Shown: one piece after another, positions 44,830 through 56,108 of the stretch
Position numbering within the stretch: the stretch's first letter is position 1
How the letters are laid out: each line of letters opens with the position of its first letter
From: Craspedostauros australis
Lineage: Eukaryota
NCBI GenBank assembly: GCA_030167865.1
Contig: JALAGF010006498.1
Location: forward strand, 1-60,659
DNA: 60,659 nucleotides
Direction: 5' to 3'
Notes under the pieces: model-generated
The model's input: only the letters and a program-made list of their open reading frames with translations
Told to the model about the DNA's origin: nothing
The model's database searches: none
Program-made: the position numbers and the translations under genes

Positions 44830-47248
44830 TCACAACGCTCGCGCTTGCAGAGCTCCCCTTCCCTTTGTTCTTGTTGCTGTCCTCTTTCCTGAGCGCGGTG
44901 TCGTCATTGGTGCAATCGGCAAGTTCATACGGTGAGAACCATTCGACAGCGGTGGTGCTGTTTGTTTTGACATTCCACCCTTCAGCAGATCGGAATAGAT
45001 CGTGCACAGATGCTCCACCTTGTACGAAGTGGAATACGGATTGGACTTGGACGACGATGAGGGCCCATTCCTGGATGGTGTCTTCTTCCATTGCTCACAC
45101 AAGCGATCCGCAGTTTGGATCCAGGCCTCGTTCGTGTACTGCGAGAACACCTCCAAGCCAGAGGACTGATCAATCGTTGACCAATATTCCAGGTACTCCG
45201 TGATGCAGGAATGTGCATTGGCCGCACCACCACCTCCGCAGCTGTTGTTGGGGACGATGAAACAAGCGAACTTGGTGATGATATCGTCTTCGATGATTGC
45301 AATCACCTTGTACAGATGGGTCGGAATCCAAATGTCCGTTCCCGATTGGCGTGGAATGGTGGATGTTGGCGTCCTTGCTGGTGTGCCGGAGCCTGCGGTT
45401 GATGTGTTGTACAACGTCCCCGTCATGACAAAGGTGGAGTTTCCATACAGCTCGTACTCCGTCTTGGCCACGTTGCGCGTGAAATCCTCGATGCGCTTCC
45501 AGATTGTGCGGTTCATGATGGGATCTTGCGGCACGATGTTGCAGAGGTGGAACGTGTCGTTCTTGGATTGGGCGGAGACGTGGTTGCCGGCGGCCGCCAG
45601 GTGGCCTCTGTGGAACGCCGTGTTCCTGTAGTCAGACGATCTCACGGAGTGCGGAATATCGTTGAAGTACGTCGTGGGGCGTTTGACGTTCTCCTGACCG
45701 GGCTTCTTCTGACATCCATCCAGCTGCTCGATGGAGTAGATCGCCGTGTTGGTGCGCTTGTCGAACACGACGTACAGGCTGGGGTTGGGACTGTACTCAT
45801 GGATTGGCAGCTTGGCGAGGACGGAGGAGAGGTTGATCCTTCGGTTTTGTGGCTGATCATTTCTCACGAAGGTTGGATTCGTCGGGGGCGGCGGCGGTGG
45901 CATGGGAACTGGCAGGAAGCAGCTGATTTCTTCGTCGTTGTCAATGTTTGCGTTCTTGTTGTCAGAGTGCTTCTCGTGATGATGGTGATCGTCATCGTGC
46001 TCGTGAGTCTCATGACCCCCACGATGATTGTACGTTTGGGCCTTCCAGGAGACCTTCGCTTGCTCGCCTCTCTTGCGTTGCTTGTGCTGCATTGGTTGAT
46101 TATGCTGCTTCTGCGCTCCGTTCTGGCGCTCCTCGTTACGGTGGTGCCCATTGTGAATGCCACCACCATTGCCACCACCATTGCCACCCCCGTTTTTGTC
46201 GTCGCGACCGTCTTCATAGATATTCGCTCGACTGCGTTGAAACCAACTGTTCATCTTGCGAGCGTACGCATTGTTTCGGAACCTTGTGAAACGTTGCGGA
46301 TTCTCCTTCTGCCGCGGTCCTTCGCTGCCATTCATTGTGGTCAGCAGATGCTGCGCCTGCATGTGCGCCTGCATAATGTTCATGGACTGCGGCAGCATGT
46401 GGGTGGATTTCGCGTGGCGGTTGGTGGGAATGACGAAGCTGGTTTTGAGACAGGCATTGATATCATGATTGGTTGGCGGTATCATCTTGAGCTTCTCCAC
46501 AACCTCGACCGAGACCAACCCTTGGTTGTTGTCGATGCAAGTGCGGCGGATGAACTTGCGTCCAAACTTCAATCGGAACTGCTCCTGCAAGGCGTACATT
46601 TCGGGGATGTCCTCTGGCAGTCGTGAGATGGAGAATAGCAGCGTGGCAATGGCCGTGCGCGTCGACATGGGAACGCATGACTTGTTGAGCGACTTGAGGA
46701 GATGGATCTGACCAGCCAGCACGTCGCAAATGTCCATGAGAAGTTCTAGGACCAGGACCATCTGCTGATGACGCACAATGCTTTCGGCCCGGAGGCGGAT
46801 GCGGCGTATGGATGGATCAGTGGCGGAAGGGTCCGTGATGTCATGCCATGACGATGGCGTCTTCTTGATCAAGGTCGCCAACTCCTTTCTCGTCTTTTGG
46901 ATCTCCACGTCCCGCCTGTTTCGCAGCGTGTTGAATCTGCATTTTGCCAGTTCAACATCTGTTCGTGTGTGCAGTGTGCGCAGTCACAGGGAGAGGAAGA
47001 TCACAGCATGCGAGTGCTGAAGACATGTGAGTGCCGGAGGAAGAGAGTGCCACAGCACCATCCGCATCGTGAACGCCGAGATGGAACGCATGTAGTTGCG
47101 GTCTGTTCCAACCATTCATCCGCTCGCATATTGATGTCCTCGTATTGGGCACGTGCGAAGAAGAGACCCGAAGAACGCACAAGAGGATGTTTTTACACTT
47201 ACTTTGCTTCAGCTTGCGACCGCTGAAGCGTCGCGGGAGGCACAGCAT
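44830..47248 (-). CDS. IST1 (ESCRT-III regulator) domain fused to a DNA/RNA non-specific endonuclease (EndoG/NUC1) domain, 2 exons, 724 aa
   Basis: Exon 1 47248-47203, intron 47202-46959 (GTAAGT...CAG), exon 2 46958-44830. IST1: FSGRKLKQNVELAKCRF...RIRLRAESIVR...LELLMDICDVL...AIATLLFSISRL...KFGRKF...VVEKLKMIPP. Nuclease: DYRNTAFHRGHLAAAGNH, DTFHLCNIVPQ...NRTIWKRIE, VMTGTLY, IPTHLYKVI, CFIVPN, IDQSSGLEVF. Confidence 0.88.
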
Positions 47249-47383
47249 GGTGGTGAGTCTCCCAGATGGATGCTGTGGTTGGTTTCGTTCTTGGTGTTTG
47301 GTTGTCGTCGCGAAGGTTTGGCCGAGTTGATGGTTTGATTGATGTAAGATGCAACCGGTGATGGACGATGGTAGAGTAGATCA

Positions 47384-47448
47384 GATGTTGATGTGGATGT
47401 TGATGTTGATGTTGATGAGGATGTGGATGTTGAGGTGGATGTTGATGG
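47384..47448. repeat. Degenerate hexamer repeat (GATGTT/GATGTG)n upstream of the IST1-nuclease gene
   Basis: About 11 units in register. Confidence 0.8.
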
Positions 47449-47935
47449 AATGGTTTCCTGATGGAGTTCCGATGGATCAAGTTGGAGAAGTGCCGATCGT
47501 TGATGGAAGACATCGAGAACATCAAGGGCTGCACTGCGGTGGAATGCTTGGATGTGTGCTTGACGGTTCTCATCAACAACCGCACACTTGCGATGAATGA
47601 TGCGTGTTGGCGCCATTTTCCAGAAATCAAAACCGGAACGTCGTTGAAACAACTCTTCCTTTCGCCAAAATCGCCAAAAACGAACAAGCACATGAATGCT
47701 CACGAGTCATGAATGACTCAATGGAATAACTCATGTTCGTGTCAAGGTGGCACAAACGCGACCCACAAGTCGTTGGTATCGTGGCCATTGTCGTATCAAC
47801 GCAGCGCATGTTCTAAAACCTCGTCCAGCACTGAACTCGACTGTTTGGGAGGCACCACAACAAGATCTCTCTCTCTCTCTCTCTCGAAAGAGGGCCAGTA
47901 CATACAACTAGGGTGCTCTATTTTCATGCAGAGTA

Positions 47936-49900
47936 CTACAAACTCTCCACCCAATTGTGATCCCTCTTCTTCTTCCAACTACGCACTGCCCTCGGCCTGC
48001 TATGACGTTCGGATATTTCGTACCAGGCGTTGCAATGCCTTGAGTTGGGAAAGAGACCCGCTTCCGTCATTTCCGCCAAGGCCTCCACGGCGTCGCCCCA
48101 CTCACCGGAGGACACAGCGGAAGAGACCAGCAGACCGTAGCTCCCCTTGTTCTTGGCGCAGACGTCGTAGATGTTGAAGATGTCCATCCCGTTTTCCGGT
48201 TCGTCGCCGGCGGTGCGGTTGGTGAGGAGGTTCTGCAAGATGTAGGTACCCTCTTTCGAGCATCCCATGTCGATGTAGGCGGATGCGATGGGGTTGACGT
48301 GTCGCGCGATGACGGGTATGCTGTGGCGCCGTTCCATGTGACGCAGGACCGCCACCATGATGTCCAGTGGTTGTCGTCTGGAGTATGGGGGGAGTTCGGA
48401 ATCTGTAGTGTTGTTCTTGCCTTGACTGATGCCTTGGCTATTGCCCTGACTGATGCTTTGGTTGATGATTGTGCTGTTGCTCTGACTGTTGCTGCTAGTG
48501 TGTGTCAAGTTGCTGTTGCTGCTGCTGTTGACGACGGCGATGTCTGCTTTCTTCATACGCGAAGCACGAGCGCAGGCATAAACGAGCGAATCCATCATGC
48601 TCTCCGTGATGGATATCTTCTTCGTCATCTTGGGCGCGGACGCTCTGGTGGTCGGATTGAGCGATGCGAGCTGCTGGTACTGCTGCTGACGTTGTTGGAG
48701 CTGCAGACGTTCTATCTTGTAGACTGTTTGGTAGATCTGCAAGGCGCGGCGCCAATCTCCGAGCTTGGCGCATGCTAGCATGGCGGCTTCGTGGTGCGTG
48801 TTGGAGCGTTGGATGAGGAGCTTCGGCTCATTGTGCTGATCCTGCATGGTCTGTTGTTGCTGTTTTCGCTGTCGATTCTGCTGACGTTCGAGCTGCGTCA
48901 TTCTGTCGTAGGTGCGCAGCGTCTGTCTCCACAGAGAGGGCTTGTTGCGCTTGCGGACATTGCGCCACATGGATTTTGCGTATCCCTGGTTGTTCATGGC
49001 TGGCGCTTGGGTGCGGAAGTTGGGGTTGGCATTGGAGACCCCCTGATGAGGATGCCAGCGAGGTAGGACCCTTGTTGTGGCCGTGAGAGTCTGCGCTTGT
49101 TCCATCATCCGGGCTTGCTTGGGTCCGGGCGCTGCGCTGGTGATATTGGTTGGTCTGCTGGGCCTTTTCTGTGGCGGCGAGTCCTTGGACGCAGATGTCG
49201 ATGCCTTTCCATCCTTGCCTTCCGGAGGTCCCCAGGCCAGAATGTACTTCTGCGCCATCTCGAAGATCATGTTTGAGCCACCGCCAAGGGGACGGATGAG
49301 CTCCTGATCCTCGTTGTCATCGTTGTCAGATGATACTGATGACGAGACTGATGTGAATGATCGTGGATATGAAGATGGAGACGATGTTGATGATGACAAT
49401 AACGTTGATACTGGTACCGGCACTGATTGCGTGGTTGGTGTTGTTGGTTCAGGCGATGAGAAAACCTTGCTTCCAAAGATACCCTCTGACGCTCGGAATG
49501 GATCTGAACGCTCGTCTCTGTACTGGTACTTGTAGAGATCGGAACCGCTCTCTTGTCCTGCATCATCATCATCGCCATCATCTGCGGAAGAAGAGTCCCC
49601 TGCGAGAAGCAGAACAGCCGCAGCCCTGTGCTCGTAAGCGGTCTTGCTTCCTCGGATAGACTTGCCTGATGGCAGCACCAGCGACCGAAATGCATGAGCC
49701 GTGGTCGCAACCTCCAAGATGAACAGCAGCAGCACCAGGGCACGCCTGTGATTGTGAGCACTGCATGTCGAATTGGCGCTCATTCGTATGTCGACATCAT
49801 CGCGAGAAGAAATGGATCCATGGCCGCTTCTTCTTCGAGATCTCCCGCCGACCTCCATGATTGACGTTGTCTTCGGCCTTGTTCTTCTTCTGTTATGCAC
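47936..49900 (-). CDS. PPR-like (pentatricopeptide) protein, probably plastid-targeted
   Basis: Bipartite-like signal ALVLLLFILEVATTAHA-FRS. PPR-like helices HHEAAMLACAKLGDWRRALQIY and SYGLLVSSAVSSGEWGDAVEALAEMTEAGLFPN. Real start is probably a downstream Met (MSANSTC). Confidence 0.75.
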   Translation of the reverse strand: MHNRRRTRPKTTSIMEVGGRSRRRSGHGSISSRDDVDIRMSANSTCSAHNHRRALVLLLFILEVATTAHAFRSLVLPSGKSIRGSKTAYEHRAAAVLLLAGDSSSADDGDDDDAGQESGSDLYKYQYRDERSDPFRASEGIFGSKVFSSPEPTTPTTQSVPVPVSTLLSSSTSSPSSYPRSFTSVSSSVSSDNDDNEDQELIRPLGGGSNMIFEMAQKYILAWGPPEGKDGKASTSASKDSPPQKRPSRPTNITSAAPGPKQARMMEQAQTLTATTRVLPRWHPHQGVSNANPNFRTQAPAMNNQGYAKSMWRNVRKRNKPSLWRQTLRTYDRMTQLERQQNRQRKQQQQTMQDQHNEPKLLIQRSNTHHEAAMLACAKLGDWRRALQIYQTVYKIERLQLQQRQQQYQQLASLNPTTRASAPKMTKKISITESMMDSLVYACARASRMKKADIAVVNSSSNSNLTHTSSNSQSNSTIINQSISQGNSQGISQGKNNTTDSELPPYSRRQPLDIMVAVLRHMERRHSIPVIARHVNPIASAYIDMGCSKEGTYILQNLLTNRTAGDEPENGMDIFNIYDVCAKNKGSYGLLVSSAVSSGEWGDAVEALAEMTEAGLFPNSRHCNAWYEISERHSRPRAVRSWKKKRDHNWVESL

Positions 49901-51055
49901 TTCTCTTCGCGAGTCACGTTGCTATGATTGCTGCTATTGATGCTGCTGTAATGTCGAGAGCAACAAGGATAGCACGGGTTAGGAATGGAAGCAGCGGGGA
50001 TGATGTGAGGTGCCTTGACGACAACGCCGGGAATGCTGGAGTGGATCGTTCACGTGGATTGCATGTGCTCTTTGAGTGTTCTGGCTGAATTGATTGTTGT
50101 TGGCGTTGTCGGAGTCCTTTTGTGATGTTGCCATTTTGATCGTTGTTCCATTCCTTCCTTCGTTTCGTCATCGAGTCCCAAGTTGAATCACGAGGAATCC
50201 AACACATGAAACGAATACCGCACATCCAAAGGAAGGACAGTCATACAGTCAATTGTCACGATTGGACCTCGATCAATGATTGTGATTGGCGCAACCGATT
50301 TCGATCCACATTGAACCATCGAGTCACGAGATGTTGGAACACGATTCCACAAAGACACCAATCTTCTTTTTGGGTGTCAACATGCGCCACGACGACAATG
50401 GGATTCGTGGTGTCAGCAGCTGCCGTTCTTCTTTCTCGTGTGGATGTTACGTCATCTGCGTCATCACCGATCGTGGCGGTGATCTGTTGCTGTTGTCGTT
50501 GTCGTTGTGGTTGGCGCCATGCGACAAGTGTCTGTGTACCTGCTTTCCCGACACTCTCGCTCTGACTGCTATTGCCGTGCTCCATTCATCCCAAACGTAC
50601 ACAACATCGCAACCGAGAGCCGCCCTTGTCACACAGGCCGCTGCCTCACCCACATACGACCTATTATACAAGTACATTCACCAAGACCAACATCATCACC
50701 AAGACCATCACCAAGACCAAGACGTTGAGAGCAAGCAAGAGAGCCGCATTACGAGAACCAGCAAGAAGGACTAACAGAGCAGCAAACACACACAGAGACA
50801 CACGCGCAGACGAAGATAGACCTTCTGCGCAGGAATCGATCCTACATCAGCATCGATCGCATTGTTATCATATGCACTAGTCGTAATAGGCTCTACACGT
50901 GCGCATAGACAGAGCAGGCGACAACCAGGGTCTGTGCAAAGAGAAGCATTGAGGCGAAAAGAAAGAAAGAGACCTGGCAGACGCAAGAGGACTTCGGGGA
51001 AGTCACTGCATCACTTGATTCGGTTTCGGCATCTGTCGACATCCATCTGTATTCG

Positions 51056-51100
51056 TTGTGTTGCCATTCATTGTGCTGCCATTCATTGTGCTGCCATTCA
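51056..51100. repeat. 3 x 15-bp tandem repeat TTGTGCTGCCATTCA in the 5' flank of the DUF2358 gene
   Basis: Units at 51056, 51071 and 51086. Confidence 0.85.
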
Positions 51101-51171
51101 TTGACATTCATTCAAGTCTTCGAGGGCACAGTATCAACGACAGTATCAACAGCAACGCAACGCCCACGGCC

Positions 51172-53209
51172 ATGTCGAACTCGCAGAGATGCCTGATGAC
51201 GGCGACCATATGGATGCTGCTATCGGCCTTGTCCACAACGTCAGCCTTCTCCAACATGCAGACATCGAGAGCAGGAGGCACGATATCGCCATCCGCGACG
51301 TACTCTGCCTCCTTCTATCGCACGCATCATGCGCTCGCAGACCAGAGGCATTCCCGTGCCTTGCGCATGTCGTTGGATCCCGATGAATTCAAAATATGCG
51401 TGGGCCGTGCCATGGACACGCTAGAGTCGGACTATCCAGAGATATTCACTGCCGATCCAGGTAAGCGCATAGCTTTGTATCCGTTGCTGTTGCTGTTGCT
51501 GTTGGGGCATTGATGCTAGAGTTCATTGGGGTGGGAAAATGTGACAAAGACTGAGACAGAACGAGGGGGAGGGGACAGAATAAATGAGCAAGACCCGATG
51601 GAAACGATCAAACACATCAAAGAAGGAATGAGAGGAATGTTCATTGCAGGCACATTGCAAGCTCAATGCAAGCACATTGCAAGCTCAATGAACAGGAACA
51701 GCTCTCACAAGCAAGAGACATTCCTCGCAATCCGGGACATATTCGATGCATCATTCTATGATTTCATCATTCGTTCAATCCAACCTATCGATCAATCAAT
51801 TCATTCATGCATCGGCACCTGCATTCGTGCGCTGCCACCACACGAAGTGATGCTGCCATACGCAAGGGAGGATGTTCTGGCACTTGCCGATCTCGGAGTA
51901 CACTCTACTGGCTCGAACCATGCGCTTGGCCTTCGCCCTGTTGTCTCTCACCCTGTCGCCTTCCTTCACCCCATCTGACCAAACCATCGCCTACGAACAC
52001 GGACAAACAATTATGGCGACCGCACTGCGTCGCACCGCGTCTTCAATCTCTCACCTACATGCACACACGCACACGTACGCAGACTTCTCCATCTACGACC
52101 GACAACTCACGTGCATCGATCCATCCGGCGTCACACTTCGCGGAGTCCACAACTACAAACAGGCCTTCCGTCTCCTGCACATGGTGGTCAACGTCTTCTA
52201 CTGCCCCGAGAACTCATCGATATCCATGCGCATGTGCTTCGACGAGGCGCGTCAGAACGTGCGCATCCTCTGGAACGCGGAGGTCGTTCCAAAGGCCATC
52301 TTCGGAGGCACCAAGACCATGCTGCACGTTGACGGCATCAGCGTCTACGAATTCAGCCTCATGTCGGGAAACATCACGCAGCACCGTATCGAGCATCTCA
52401 TGGTCAATGACGCGCCCGTCACGCCGCAGCAGGGGCTCATCCCGGCCCTGCAAGGCTACGCCGTCCGCAAGAACGTCGATTCCATTCCGATCTTCAGTTT
52501 TCTGCCCATCGCAGCAGAAGCGCAGAGGCTGACGAGCGAAACGGATGCTTCCCAGGAAGACGATCAAGTGTACTCCCTGTCGGACGCGCCATCGGGCTTC
52601 AACGACTTTGGCGAATTCAAACTTGGCAAAGGTCAACAAGGAACGGTGCTCCCATTCCAAAACTTCCAACCCGTCTCATCATCCTCGTCCCTCTTCGATT
52701 CCAGGAAAGTAACAACGACAACGCTGAAATCGTCGTCCTCATCTTCATCATCAGCCACCAAGAGCACCAACCCCGAGCACAGCAACCTCGACTGGGACGC
52801 CTTCGAACAGAAGAACAAGTACAGGCAAAAGTTCAACCTCAAGCCATTGACGCCGGAGGAATTCCTGGACGTCGAGAAGCAGGTCGCAGAACTCAGCATC
52901 CGGCAGCAACAGCGGGCCGAGCAACAGCAGGCAGCTGCCGCGCGCAACGCCGAAGAGCAGCGTCAGCAGCAAGAAGCATCGCCATCGTTCCTCAAGCAGA
53001 TCTTCGGCAAGGCCATGGAAGACACGTGCGAAAGCAACTTCGACTGCGAGCGACCCCAGGTCTGCTGCGACTTCGGCTTCAAGAAGATGTGCTGCAGTTC
53101 CGGCATGAGGGTCCTGGCCGGCCTGCCGGAGTCCAGGGAGGGGCAGCTGGCGGAGATCCCCGTCATCGCGAATCCTGGTCCAACTCCTGGGGAGTACCCT
53201 CGTTGGTGA
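51172..53209 (+). CDS. DUF2358 (NTF2/SnoaL-like) protein with a C-terminal Cys-rich motif, plastid-targeted, 2 exons
   Basis: Signal plus TSA-FSN. Intron 51461-52082 (GTAAGC...CAG) gives TLESDYPEIFTADP|DFSIYD...IDPSGVTLRGVHNYK...VDGISVY...ITQHRIE. Tail CESNFDCERPQVCCDFGFKKMCC. Confidence 0.85.
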
Positions 53210-56108
53210 GCGCAAAAGTAATCGACTCCAGATCAGCCGCAGCTCGAAGTCGCCAAACCAGGACCGCACGCTTCATGGAAACGGACACCAACTCACACCG
53301 GCCACTAGCATGGCACGTCCCATCGTGCAAACGCGAGTAGGTAGAATGTTCCCATCTCTCCATCCATAGCTGAACACTGTTACTCTCCTATATTCTGTCC
53401 ATTTTGACACCACCTCGTCATCTTTGATGTATGCGCGCTCCACCGCACCTTTCCTGGTTCGCAGCACGGGCGTGGGTCTCGTTGAGAGTAGCCTGCATAA
53501 TACGTGATCCAGGAGAGACCAATGCACTCGTACAGGTATCCATTCCAAGTTTGCATGCATGCGTGCATACAATCTCGTTTGGCGTCTTCAATCGGCACGT
53601 CTGCTCACGATTACTCACAGTTGTGTGCTCCATGCTATTCGTTGATAGTCTTGTTCGTGCGTCTCTTCCTTTCTCCTCTTCTCTCCGTCTTTGGATCGGG
53701 AACGAGGCACCTCATCTGTGGTCGCTGTCGCCTCTCCTTGCTTGAAGATGCGACCACATTAGTCTTCTGCTTTACGATTACAAATGCGATCTGTGCTATG
53801 GCATGCTCCTACATTCAAGCACATACCTGTTGCCATGTCAGACAGATACCATGGTCTGCACCACTCCGCGTGGTCTCTGTGCGTGGGTTGTATGGTCAAC
53901 TTTTGCGGCTTCTTGGGACGACGATTGTGGAAGTGTCCTGCGCAGTGAAGTTCAACCGAGAGCGACTCGCACGCACGCGTAATAGCGAACCGCTCTCCTG
54001 CAACGGAAAGAACCAGGAGGGCCAAAAAAGCCGTGATGGGGGTTCTGCTTGCAGTTCTGTGAGTCGGATGGTCGTCCGCGTGGGATTGATGTGCTGTTGG
54101 TGGCGCCACAGAGCAGATGGAGGGAGCGAAAGAGAGCGCCAACGTCCTCTACCGCAAAACTTGTTGCTCACTTTTCGGGACCATCCAATCCAATCCCTGT
54201 GGGGGAGTCTATTTCGTCATGGTTCCTCAGCTCGCGATCATAGACCTCGCTTTTCGGATATTTTGTCAACGCAGCGCAGAAGCATGTTCGCGGTAGTCGT
54301 TCAGCGTCCACAGATGTGCTCGGACGGAATGGACGCAATCGACCTCTTCGAGATTGCATTCCGTGGACAAGTACGACAAATGCGGCGCAAGTTGGAGCGC
54401 ACATTTGGGACCAAAGTTGCGCAGGATCCAAACAGAGAAGACATGGAGTGCAGGTACCGGCATTCTTCCCACAACTGCTTCAGGTTCCGATGAAGCGGAG
54501 TCCTTTTCCCTTTCACTTCTCTTTCCTCTCTTCACAACGGAAACATCTGCCTGCGGGGAGATGTCTTCAGGCATGGACCAAGAGGCAACGTCGCGCGTGA
54601 CAAAGGTTGGTATCAATGTCACAAGACCAGCGCTGTTGGAGGACCTGTTGAGATTTAGGGGATCCGGATGGCAAAAGTACGACCTAGTCGTATTGTATAC
54701 GTAGCGTGTGAAACCGGCAGAGCATGACGGAGCAGAGTAAAGTATAGTCGAGCGGCGTAGAGCAGCACTTGAGGTTGGCTCGACATTGTCAATACTCTGT
54801 AAGAACTGCGCATAGAGGGAGCGAAGTGCCACAGATGAACACGCCCAGTCTTCGATGACGAGGCTGTTGCGTGATTCGCAAAACCTTGGAATGCGAGAAC
54901 AAGTAACCCGTCACCATGGCGACGCGTAGCCGCATCGATGAATGAATTGTTGACGTTTCCGATTTCGCTTGGAATGAAAGATGGTGAGGGGTTGGTGGAG
55001 GATGATCCCTTCACGAGGACTGCTCGCATGCTGGCAGAGACGCATGGAGCGACACCCCAGGTCATGGCGGCGTCGCACACAGCTGACGGGCGTGCGGGCG
55101 AAGATACCACACGGGTAGAGAGAAGGAGCACGTTCACAAACTTCCTTGTCTTTCGTTCACGAACGGGCACTAACTTGTACCTCGGAGGAAGGAAGAGACT
55201 GAAATTGCTTTACACGACGAAAGCGTGATCGTTCACGGAAGTAATTGTTCTGGTTCGAGCCACCGATGCCGTCCCCGCCTTTGTTCTCTGGGCACCACAA
55301 CCATCACGAATGCACTTTCAATCACCTCGTACTGTGACATTTCGCAGCAGATGACAGATCATGAATGATCATGATCATTGCAGTTGTGGGACGGGTTCAA
55401 CCGAGAGGGTCACCCCAACGAACAACACTCGCCAGCGAAGCACCAGTGATGAATCGGCAAGAAGGAAGGAGCCTCCCATCAGCCGGGCGGCTCACAAAAT
55501 ATTTTGAAACAGACAAATTGAAGAACGACGCTGGGGGCAGAAATGGCAACTAGAAAGAGTCCGCTCTGGGATTTATTGAGCAATTCGAGTTTGTGGGAGA
55601 CGATGACAGATACGGGCATGTGTTTGTCCACACATTGATACACACATCCTCGATGAACAACGAATGGACGCTCCAGAATTATAATGCCCGTGAATGCCAC
55701 GGAATGGTCCCTCGACGCTGACGTCCAGGTTACTTTCTGACGGAGAGAGAAGTGAGGATCGCCAATCTGAAGACATTTCGGCATCGACAATCCAACTGCA
55801 TGTATGGTATTAGTATACAAACCGATACAACCACCGCTGTCGCTCGTGGGAAACGGCATCGGTACGAGTCCGCAGTGTCTGTGTGGCACAACCTTGGCAT
55901 ACTGTTGCATGCACTCCAGGAGCTATGTTTCCCAAGTCAGAAGTCGCCCGCGTCAACCACGGTAGTGCTGATGAACTTCCCCGGATTGTGCCTTTCGAAT
56001 GCGTCTGGTCCTTTGTTGTGAGCGTCCCTCTCACAATCTCATCCATCTCGATCTCATAACATCATCACGAGCACGAAACAAACAACCCAACCAACCAACA
56101 ACTTCATC

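Noticed and set aside
2499..46626. Long antisense ORFs (e.g. 2499-3512, 26671-27708, 38046-38852, 40452-41330, 45526-46626)
   Set aside because: Shadow frames of GC3-rich genes on the opposite strand, with no independent motifs.
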